From Trichoplax sp. H2 (lineage: Eukaryota), in assembly GCA_003344405.1 (NCBI GenBank), contig NOWV01000012.1, positions 682,001 through 746,000 on the forward strand: a DNA stretch of 64,000 nt. Reading direction: 5' to 3'. Positions 34,291-45,428 of this stretch are shown piece by piece. The notes beneath the pieces are model-generated. The model searched no databases and had not been told where the DNA came from. It saw only the letters and a list, made by a program, of their open reading frames with translations. How positions within the stretch are numbered: position 1 is the stretch's first letter; each line of letters starts with the position of its first letter. The position numbers and the translations under genes are program-made.

Positions 34291-34638
34291 CGCTGGCGCC
34301 AATAGAAAGCTTTTCCCCTTTTTGAGGGCTGTGTGTACATTCCATAGAGTTTATAATCATGAGCGTAATCAGGAGTCCATGGTAACCTATTTACTATGTA
34401 AGCAGGCGCAGCGGAGGATATCGGGCGAGTACCAACACATCACCGACACCATTGTCGATGGTGGGGTATATTGACCGTATTACATGTTCTGCGCTGCAGT
34501 CATTTCGATGCACAGACTTGTCTATTCATACTGAAAGCACTCATGGCGAGCACTACTTGCGACTGTCTAGCGTGAGGTAAATACGGGTTGTGCGTGTTAA
34601 CACGAGGGGTGGTTTGAATGACTTTCCCGCGCCATTTT
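34291..34638 (-). other. GC/CpG-rich island: possible non-coding first exon, promoter or structured RNA
   Basis: Much more GC-rich than its flanks. On the minus strand it starts with a YY1-like AAAATGGCG and ends at a consensus donor GCG|GTAAGT (34291/34290). Several hairpins; no long ORF. Confidence 0.35.
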
Positions 34639-34653
34639 AAAAAATTTTCTCAT

Positions 34654-35577
34654 TATATCTAGATAGAATTTTAATTCTAAGTCAAGAATATGCAGACAAG
34701 AGAGTAATAACTTCAAATTGAATTTATTTCGTCTTTTTGTCACTAATTGACTGCTTACTAGGCAAGATTTTATCCAACTTTGACGATGTTTACTCTTTTG
34801 AAATCATTTTGGCATACAGCCATTTCTTGTCTATCAGCTCTTTCCGTCCTAGTAACAGCCTTGACAACTTTAGGGCGCCGGATATTGAGTGTCTGTTGGA
34901 TTATACAAGTAATAGCTTTCGTAAACGTAGAATCCAATTCATTCTTGTACTAGTAAATGTATAATTGAATTCATTCTTATACTATGGATATATATACCAT
35001 TGATATAACAACTACATCATGTAACAATTGCATTTATTGCCATTTAATGTATGCTAGTAATAGAGCTTGTTCAGTTTTGCAGAGCGAAAACAACAAAGTC
35101 AACTCTCTTCCAGATATATATCTAGATAGAATTTTAATTTTAAGTCAAGAATATGCAGACAAGAGAGTAATAACTTCAAGTTGAATTTATTTCGTCATTT
35201 TGTCACTAATTGACTGCTTATTAGGCAAGATTTTATCCAACTTTGACGATGTTTACTCTTTTGAAATCATTTTGGCATAACAGCCATTTCTTGTCTATCA
35301 GCTCTTTCCGTCCTAGTAACAGCCTTGACAACTGTAGGGCGCCGGATATTGAGTGTCTGTTGGATTATACAAGTAATTGCTTTCGTAAACGTAGAATCCA
35401 ATTCATTCTTGTACTAGTAAACGTATAATTGAATTCATTCTTATACTATGGATATATATACCATTGATATAACAACTACATCATGTAACAATTGCATTTA
35501 TTGCAATTTAATGTATGCTAGTAATAGAGCTTGTTCAGTTTTGTAGAGCGAAAACAACAAAGTCAACTCTCTTCCAG
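34654..35577. repeat. Near-identical tandem duplication, about 463 bp x2
   Basis: Copies 34654-35113 and 35117-35577 differ by only a few substitutions and indels. Confidence 0.95.
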
Positions 35578-36338
35578 TAAGGGAAAAATTCAATCGTTCC
35601 TTTTTCAAATACTTTAAACTCAATTCTTGCAAGAGTAGTACAGTATATTATTATCGTTATTAGGCAACGAGACAAGTATATCAATACATAATTACGTTGA
35701 AAGTGCTTCTAACCTAATACGACTTAGAGACTAATAACCGAATGCGAGGCTACTTGTAGGCAGAATACCTGGAATATTGATTGATAATTATACAGTATAA
35801 TGAATACTTCTAAATGAATGTTTGAAATTCGTATCGTAATGAACACCAACTGTTAAAAAGAATCGATTCAAAGCACCTTTTTTTGTCTGTTTTGTGTAAT
35901 TTTATTGAAGAAATGCAAAAAAGAACAATTTTAGAGGCCAGAATAGACTCTCTGAAAGTAGCAGGTTCACCTTTCCTATATATTATTCAGTCCCCAAACA
36001 GTATCGTATATCATTTCAAGAGTAACATAATGCATCACATGCACATGCACATGCATGGTAATAATTAATTGAGCTTTACTCTTAATTTATACTCCATTAT
36101 CACGATTCGGTTATATATATCGTCTATCTAGAAAGATGTAAAAGTTACTATGGGAATATAAATTTATTTCACGAACAAGAAATAGCAATTAGTGCAACTT
36201 TGGAAGTAAAATCTCGTACATTATTGTCCTATTCAATACATGTGATGATGAACACATACTATTTAAACAGCGTCAAGAATTAGTTAGGCCAAACTCGAAA
36301 TATCTACCATGAACCGTAAAGGAAAATTAACAATTTCA

Positions 36339-38246
36339 TTACTTTGCAAATATAAACCCCAAACCAGTTATACCACAGTTACTTCTACCAGCTACACCAA
36401 TCAAAGTTCCTTTTCCAATTAAGATATCCGATTTCCTGGAAGCTAAATTATTAATGCCGACATCAAAAACTTCTTCGCCTTCAGTATAAATTCTAACATG
36501 GGTAACGTAATGATCATCATTTAAGGAAATAGTCAGGTTTGTGATAATCTTTTCTCCTTTATTAGTAAAGAAGGTTTTAGTCAGGGTTAAATTGTCCATG
36601 AAACCGATAGTCTTGATCAAGCCATTGATAAATTGAACTTGGAGATGTTTAATAATGGGTAGACCGTCGAAAGCATAGCGAAAGGTAATAGACTCGATGG
36701 GATTATTTGCTGTGGATATAAAGAGGAACAAGTCGCCTTTATCACCACCATATACAACAGGAAACGTTGCATGGTCTTCTTGCACTGTCAATGATTGAAT
36801 TAGAGAAGTAGCGCAATTAAATAAAATTGCTATCCTGACAAATACTTTGTGAATTACATGGACTATTGGGCTACAATCTAATCGATCTAGCACAAATACA
36901 GACATTTTTAATATAACACAAAGTTAGAACAAATCAGATAGGGTATTCGCTAAATGGGATGGTTTAGCTCTCCAATACGAACTAAGGCTAACGATCGTAA
37001 AAAGCCCACAATATTACTTCATACTTTTAAAATTCGTCAAGCTTATAGAATATTATTTTATCTCACCGCATAAGTAATCTGCTATATCACAGTATTCCCA
37101 TCTTTTAAAAGTCGATTTAGTGTAGCACCAAGGTGTGATAGCATTTAGGGTTGGATTACGGCAGTAATTTGCCTCAAGGCCACTTTGAGGATTATTTCCT
37201 GGTGTATAAGTATGCGCATGAGGTATTTGGCTGGACCATTTTTGGCACAATAATCCACTTTTTGTAATCCTCTGCGAGCCCCGATAATATTCTCCAACGC
37301 TCTTTTTGAGGCAATCTAGAAGTCAAATATCGATAATCGTATACAGTAAGCTATACGCTTAGATTTCGTTTATCTGCAAGATGAATTCTCAAGGCAAAAA
37401 TTAACGTACAATTTTATGTTTATTTCCTTTTACAGTCATACGCTTAAGTTACATGTTGCTACTGTATTGAGGATACTTTATATGCTCATTAGAATACTGA
37501 TTTTAAACTTAATATGGTATTCAAAAATTCATGCAGAATTTTTGAATTTGAAACTAAGGTACCGGTAGCAAAGATTGAGTCACTATAAATTATTTATAAG
37601 ACTATACAACGTCGCCTAAATTTCTTACTGCATCGACGGATATCACAAAACATCCAACGTATTTGAGGATCGGTGGTATAACACCAAGGTCCTGCACTGC
37701 CACTTGGGTTGCGACAGTAGTTAGAATCTTCTAATCCTTCACTAGGATAATCTTGCGGTATGTAATCGTGTTTATGCGGCTTTTGAGAAGTCCAGTTTTG
37801 ACATAAAATTCCTGATGCGGTCTTGCTTACATTTCCGCGATAATCGCTCCCGCGACCGATATAACATTCATCTAGCGTACGAAAAGGCAATGCGTGCAAA
37901 TACATATAATGCGGTGGAATTAGTTCTAATAAATTTTCAAACACCTACAAATCAATACAAAATTTTCCGTACCTGCCAAATCCGATTGGTCCTATTCCGG
38001 TTAGCGTTAGAAATATTATCGTTTTCAGTGACAGAAGTATTTAAGGTTAGATTATGACTTGACTAAAGCTCAATATCGTAAGATGTGCATTTATGAAATG
38101 TACTATGCAAAATCAAGTTTAATGGCATGTACATAACGTAGAATATATAATTAAAGAAACTTATATACTTGCAAAAATATGTTATCGGACTGCACTCTTG
38201 ACGTAGACAATGCCGCAGCGAGTAATATTAGTAATGCAAATTTCAT
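36339..38246 (-). CDS. Secreted protein: signal peptide + 2 kringle domains + C-terminal jacalin-like (beta-prism) domain, about 344 aa
   Basis: Exons 38169-38246 (MKFALLILLAAALSTSRVQS), microexon 37973-37991, 37629-37871 (CYIGRGSDYRG..CQNW..NYCRNP..PWCYT..W..C), 37067-37315 (second kringle) and 36339-36784 (YGGDKGD...GTLIGVAGRSNCGITGLGFIF). The exons total 1035 nt with consistent phases. Kringles are clear; the jacalin call rests on motif resemblance. Confidence 0.8.
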
Positions 38247-38484
38247 CTTGATGCAAGATTCTTTCCTTGATAAACTAAATTCAAATATATATTTGTATAA
38301 TAAAAGATACTGGTCTTAGTAAAGATTTGTATTTCATCGTTAAGCAATTGCTATAGAAGATCTTACTTGGATATAAGCATTAACTGAGATGGGAAATTTT
38401 TCAAATAGTATTGTCGTTGTAATCCAGATTCTATCACCTTGTCAGGATTGGAATCGAATTATTGGCTACTCGTTAGAAGGACTT

Positions 38485-38500
38485 GCTCAATTTATAGTTT
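38485..38500 (-). promoter_or_regulatory. Candidate TATA box of the kringle-jacalin gene
   Basis: CTATAAA on the minus strand at about 38491-38497, followed by a likely non-coding exon with a GTAAG donor at about 38366 and an acceptor at about 38275 before the ATG at 38246. Confidence 0.4.
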
Positions 38501-39809
38501 TTGATGAGGTGTAAAGTTTACCCTAAATAACTTATAGTATGTTGGTTACAGTTCGTGCATTACACGAAAATTAAATGAAGTTGACGACAAATGCACTGCC
38601 AATTTTGATAAATGAAATCATAGTATCAATACGTTAATAAGACTATAGTTCTGTTATTATAATAATTTCGGTATATAGAGAACTATAAATGTGTAGGAGT
38701 TGATAATTTCCATTTCGTTACAAGATTTAAAAATTCTGACAATAATTACTATCAATAGTGAAGCTGGGGCCTGAGCTTAGTGCATTTGACTAAAATGATA
38801 GTCATTTAGGGAGTAATTTTAACAATGATAGATTTGTACAAATTGTGCACGATATTGTAAAGTAATTCCATTACATCTTTTGTTAACAAAGTGTAACTAT
38901 GAATATGTTAAGATTGCTAAAAGTTTCGATCATTTTATTGTATTCATTTTAAATCCAGTTTCACAAAATTGGATAGTTTACTTGTAGAGATGTTATATTC
39001 CAAAGTGGTATTTTTAATTTATTTAGCTAATTCTACAATCGTAGTAGCACTTTGAGGATCATCATATCGAACGAAATTACTTTTAAACGATAATGCTTGG
39101 ATAATGATATCTATGCCGAATACGAACTTCTATCTCAGCGCTTACGGTAGTACTGTATAAATGTCTGTATTCTTACTCGTTTATCGTACACTCGTATACG
39201 CTCCTATGTCAAGGAGTGTCATCAATCGGATTTGTTGTTTGCACAATGCACAGTCTTGGACAACTATAATAATATAACCAGTCTCAATATTATGCTAATA
39301 GGATTATTATAGATTTGAATTGGAATGTTTACATATTTGAATATATGGTACAATTATCATAGAACGCTATGCACAGGGATGATGGTTGTCAATTTTTTAC
39401 TGAAGACTAACGGAAGAATTTCCATTTCAGAAGGAAGACGTCAGTCCAAACTTCGTTTACCGTTAGTGTCAAAATTTATTTTTATTTTTGGGAGCAAGGC
39501 CCTTTCTACATGTAAGGTAATGACATACATTTGTAGTTAAGATTTGCTTTTGCGTTCCGTCACCAAGTAATTGAATATGAGAATTAACCTTATATTATCT
39601 CGAAATTGCGTACAATTAAAAATACAACTTGTAAATAATATGTATCATAACCTCCTTTCGAATATCTATGAAACTTAAGATGATCACTAATAGATGAAAA
39701 TATGTGACATAGTGCTTCGAATCAAATAAGAAAGCAATATTTCAAATATATATAATTTTGGTAGATATGTAGATATTTATATATATGATATACAGCTACA
39801 ATAAAATCT

Positions 39810-42800
39810 TTAAGATTGCTTTTTGTTTTCTAAAGCAATTGCTTTAATCGTAGTCATTTTTTCTTGTAATTGTAGATCAATATTTTGATTATCGTTTGAA
39901 TTATCGGAATCTTTAGGTTCCTCCGACATCTCTGGTTTTTGCTTGTCAGATGATTGTTGTATCGACTGAATAATGAGCTGTTGGTATTCATAAATTGTTT
40001 TATACTGTTCGTCTGTCAAGTGTTGCTTTAGGAATGATATAATCTGAGGGATACATCGACCAGGAGCGTGTATCATACATTGCGTATGTCTTTGAAATAA
40101 CAGCAATGTGCAAAGATGTAAACACATCGCCGGTTTACTTTCTTTATTCAATTGCTCTATTAGACTTTGGCGGTGATTGAAGATTATTTGCCTATGAATA
40201 CATCATCCACTATCAATATTATAGATTGTATTACAGCTTGTTATTGTGACGAAGTTAAAAGATAACAAACCTTTCTTTTTTCTTATCCAATTTTTTTATC
40301 ATTATTTGGCAAATCGAAGGTCCAAGAACAACGTCAAGGGCATCAAAGAATTGCTCAACATCCTATATGATAGTATCATTTTATAAATGATAATACCGTC
40401 ATTAATACAAGATCTACGTGTCTACTACCGTATATCCCTGTATATGCATTACCAATGAACAGTTAATATTTGTTACTTTGCCGCTTAATGATTTTTCCAA
40501 GGCAGATGCAGCTTTTTTAACGTTATTAGGAAATTTCTCCAAAGCGGAAGAACGTGTCTGTATAACAGAAAGAATTTGTCACTTGCATCTAGGATATACA
40601 GTCCATGTACGTCATATAGTATATATATACTGTCGATTAAATATAATATATTGGGCTCACTTCAGGATTTAAAGAATTAGGATCACTATCAACCATAATA
40701 TGTTCGCTAATTAATAGACTGAAAACGATATTGGTTATCTCTGTACATAGAGTATGCAAAAGATGTTTTCCAAGAGTGGTATGCGCGTCGCCTATAGCAA
40801 TTTTAAATGGAAGTGAAAATTGATAGTTCATTAATGTATGAAAGCAAATTTTTATCTGCTGTGAAGCAAGACTTTTACTTGCATTACCAGAAAAATGTTG
40901 AAGGCCTTTTCCAAATAATTTAGCGTTAGTTAATAAACCATTAATTTTATCTTGTGCATCTGAATGAAGTTTACGTTTTTCAGAAGTAACTGAAGATGTT
41001 GATGCCAGGAATACTGATTTAGCAACCTCCTGATACTTTCTTTTGAGTGGACTACAGATATAGCAGAAAAATCAATGATCATTACCACTCAGTTATTACA
41101 ATATGATTTCCTTACATCTAACTTGTTCAGGACGGCCAGTAAGAGAATGGATGAAGTATTATTTTCTTACCTAAATAGTTGAGAAGCGATTTCTTCTAAA
41201 AATTGATCTTCACAGTTTGAATGCTCTCGTTGCAATACTTCTATTATCTGAAATTTTGTGGGAATTCCGGTTATGAAAGTTTGATCTTTATTCATATAAT
41301 TCAAATAAGTGTAGAGTTGAATTATGGTACTATAATATGGCTTTGTATATTCAAATACCTCGGGAATGGCCATAAATTCCAAGTCCTGCTTATTTTGTTT
41401 AATATGAGATCTGGTTGATTCAAGGTCATCTGGCGTAGATCGGTCTTTGCCTTTACCCTTTCTTTTTGAACTCGTTGAATCATCTCCTTTCTTTTTTTTA
41501 CCTCCAGTAACATTGGAGTCGTCATGTTTAGTCAGTGTCGAATGATTAGGATTGGTGGAGCTGGTAGATGCAAATTTTGCAGCTACTTTACCGGCATCCT
41601 GAATAGATTATGAGAAAAGAGTATTTTTAAATTGCGATTCAAAAAAGACTATAAATAGTAAATGAAAGTATACTTTTTCGGCTTTGGTCTTCATATGATC
41701 ATCGAATAATTGTAAACAGTTTTGAATAAATTTGTTGCTGACAACGAATTTGTCGCAAAGACATTGTACGGATGTGTTATTTTTATTACTTTTTAAGCAA
41801 TGCTTTTGTAACAACACTGATGCATCTCCAGTAGTAAAGGGTGATGGCAGCAACGTCTAAATTTGAAAATAGTTCAGAATCTTAGCCCTACACCGACATT
41901 GAATTTGTAATTTTCATTATAGTCGACGGCATTTACCATAATATCAACCCAAGAAGGTGTTGCGACAACATCTTCTATGGCTGCTTGCACTTGACCTAAA
42001 ATGTTCTGTCCGCTAACACATGACTCTAGAAAAATGACGTTCTTATTCAAGCACTTTTTCAGGTAATTTTTGGGGTCCGTAATGTCTAGGCGAGTTAAGC
42101 TGTCGTATTCTATGAAAAATGAAGCATTAATTTGTTATAATCACAATCAGAATTTTAAGGAAAATCTTTAAAATGACAGCTTCAAGAATCTGTGACATAA
42201 GGCTGATGGATAGATAACTTTACGTAAGTATAAAGTATGCATCATTGATATACACTCGAGTGTCTTACCAATATAATCATTCTGGCGAAAGAATGATAAT
42301 ACCCAATTCGATTGTGTTCGGGAATAGATATTTGGAGTATAAATTGCTTTACTTTGATGCCCTTGAACTGATCCTGCTAGTCTTTTCTCATCCAACAATT
42401 TGCGTAAAATATCTTGATAATGTTGTTAATAAGGCTCAAAGTTATATTGTAATCGAGAATGTGTTAAAGTAACGACAGACTATGTTGCTATAACTGGTTT
42501 AGCCTTACCATGTAGTAACGCTTCTGGAAAGCTATATTGATAAATTATTGATGATACTGAATTCGGCCTATAAACGAAAGAATAAAGCGTCGATAGTTGG
42601 TGAAAGTAAACTTTTGCAAAGATGGAGAAACTGAAGCAATTGAATATAATCAGCCATTCTGTTACTTAGAGTCAGTCAATACTTATCTCAGTGTACATAC
42701 TATACTCTAACCGATTGTATAGATGCATGTACAAACCTAGTTATAGCGCTGAAGACCCCACGAATTTTGGCTGCATGGCGTGCCACATATGCTTCAGTAT

Positions 42801-44606
42801 ATATCGTACCACGTTCTAACGGATTCACTTGTCCATGTATGTAAATTCCCATTCTTTTTTCAATATTCTAATGTAGTTAAATTAAATAAATGGCCGTCTT
42901 ATAAATTGACACAAGATACAAAAAATTTATAACTGCAGCAATTACCGTTTGTAAAAAGTCTGTAGGTAAATTAAATGTCTTTCCCAATTCAGATACAGAA
43001 ATTTGACCGGATTCTTGCAGAATATCATTAATTTCTTCGGCCAACCTATCTATATAATCCCTAAATAGATTGATGTCAAGAGCATTCACTACATTAATGT
43101 CTATAGTATTGATAATATGGCATTATTTATTGCTGGAAGATTTTCGAACTATATAATTGATGAAGTTGTTACAAGTGATGTAATGATCAAATTCTATTAG
43201 TAAGTTGCGGTACTATTTATCTGACTTTAGTAGGATAAAATAGTTTGAAATTAACGCTACACTGGTAGTATTAACAATATGAAGCTAAAGTGAATGGATT
43301 AAAATGCTTTATTATCAATTACTGTACCTATCGATTAAGTCTCCTTGTATCAAGTATAAACTTCGATCGCCTCTTAACATTTCTTTGACTTTGCTATCGA
43401 TATGAGTTAGATCCACATTTATAACCTAAAAAGACATTCACTCGTTACAATAGCCATCTTATCTTGGGTAAACTGGTATTGATTACTATAAAGGGAGTTG
43501 CATTTTTACATCAGACGTAGACGGAAATGAGACATGAGAGAGACACGTTATTGCATAAAATAAATGCGTATGGAGTGTATTGACATAAATACGTATTCAC
43601 GTATACGCATATACCGCAATGTAGGGTTAATGAATCAATCCCTATGCGACTTATCATCACATCCTACTTGTTACTTGTAATGACTGTTGTATTTGATATT
43701 TCGTTCAATCATAAAATTGGCCTAAGAGTATTCTGCAGCACTACAGCACCGACTTTAAGTAGACTAATTATGGTAGGTACGAGTCATAGGCACCCTCAAC
43801 TGATCGTGGGGTCGTGCATGCTAGGTTATTCATCAGGGGAAGTAAGCTTTATCATTGAGATTTGTAATTTATTACACTGTAGGAGAATAAATATGCTTCT
43901 TGTTATTTTTTACTTTGTAACTATTACATAAAAGTAAAATTAACCCTACTACTGTACTCTAAATTGTATTTATTGCATTGTAGATTTCGATGCATATGGA
44001 CTGATGAACGATAGGCGTAAGTATAATTCTATAAAATAACTGGATTGAAAGGCTATCATTGATCCGTACATTGCACTACTTAAGAAATGCAATTTTTCAG
44101 TCAAGGTATACTGATTCTGTAACAATCCATACAGCATGTAAAGTAAAAATGAAAGCGAGCATGAATTAGCATGTATTTAGTAAGAAACAGTACCAAGAAT
44201 ATCAAGTAAATTTATTTACCTGTTGTAACTCTACCAAATTGATACGCCCTACAATAATGGATGATGAAAATGTCGATTAATTACAGAGTCTGATTTTAAT
44301 CCGCTTCCTCTCTTGACTGTCATCGATTGCATGATAATGTACTGTGATTGGAATGGATTTTTCAGTTACTTTACTACTATCCTTACCGCTATGGACAAAT
44401 AATTCATCTCTTATTTCTCGTTCTAATTGCTGCGGTGTAAGATATTCTTTGCCATCAATGGTATACATCACTTGGACCTTGTTCATTGCAATCAATTTGG
44501 TTATTATTTCGATACAATTTCTTTCCGAAAGTTGATGAGCGCTAGCTGTCAACTGAATGCGTTGAAAATCAGCAGCTAAACGTTGAATTTCGTTCCAGTC
44601 ACTCAT
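39810..44606 (-). CDS. UFL1: E3 UFM1-protein ligase 1 (multi-exon)
   Basis: N-terminus [36 protein letters not shown], internal FFRQNDY and a K-rich segment, C-terminal LHAPGR-like motif ([12 protein letters not shown]). Stop at 39810. Confidence 0.96.
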
Positions 44607-44699
44607 TTTGACTCTTGTATTCGATGAATTCTCCTTGGTAAGCTATTGCGTTTGTAGGACGTTGAAATAATATTTGCTTGTATGCAATTCTGCAATCGA

Positions 44700-45420
44700 T
44701 TTTTCATTGAATTGCTTCGGCCCAAGTTTTTTGGGGCTGGTGCTGTACGAGTGTGCGTGTGCTGTTGTACTAAACGCTAAACAGATCATCGTCTACGGTT
44801 ACAGACTAACTGACTGACTGACTGAGTCAGTCGGCCATAACACGTTTTCAGGCTTTGAGTCTGTCGGCAGCTCCCTATTCGAATCATTGAGTGATTTGTA
44901 CAATTTGATACAGTGTAACTATCGCTGTACTACTGTAACAGTAGCAGTACAGTACTGTACTATGAACGTCACAGGGTAAGGGTGAGTAGACTATCATGGA
45001 AAAGACTTGCACGGCTATACTGTATTGTACTGTTGTATAGAGTAGCAGAGGAAGAGAAGCAACGCTGTAAGAGTCCGTCCATCCGAGGAGAGTGTTCAGT
45101 CCAGTTTCAAGTGGTCCATGTCTACGTCTCGGTCCGGGACCGAACTATGTCTCGTACTTGTGGTGACATCATTTTATGGCGTCATTATGTGGTCCGTCCA
45201 GTACTGTGGTGTCCTGTCAGTCTGTCACCCTGTCCGCTATACAGTATGCTATAGACTATCATGGAAAAGACTTGCACGTCTATACTGTGGTATAGAGTAG
45301 AAGAGGAAGAGAAGCATCGCTGAATGTTTTCAAGCCAACTCTTGGACAAGAAAGCATCAAGGCAAGACGCTGCAACGACTGGATTGATTAACTGGAAGGA
45401 ATCATTGCTTTAGTTTAGAC
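44700..45420. promoter_or_regulatory. Bidirectional promoter interval of UFL1/TFG
   Basis: About 820 bp between divergent ATGs. (GACT)n run ending in an AP-1-like TGAGTCA at about 44823, TACAG/CTGTA cluster 44925-44960, and a 70-80 bp direct repeat at 44987-45067 and 45252-45322. Confidence 0.6.
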
Positions 45421-45428
45421 AACCAGCC

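Noticed and set aside
34291-34638. Firm call of RNase P/MRP, SRP or telomerase RNA for the GC island
   Set aside because: Only a GGAAAGTC-like word is present. I found no matching CR-V/P4 partner, no SRP helix-8 motif and no CTAACCCT template.
34737-35428. Duplicated short ORFs (SHFLSISSFRPSNSLDN...)
   Set aside because: They lie inside the 463-bp duplication, differ by a frameshift between copies and show no recognisable domain.
37945-37972. Apparent 28-nt intron in the kringle gene
   Set aside because: Implausibly short; the 19-nt microexon model solves the phase with normal introns.
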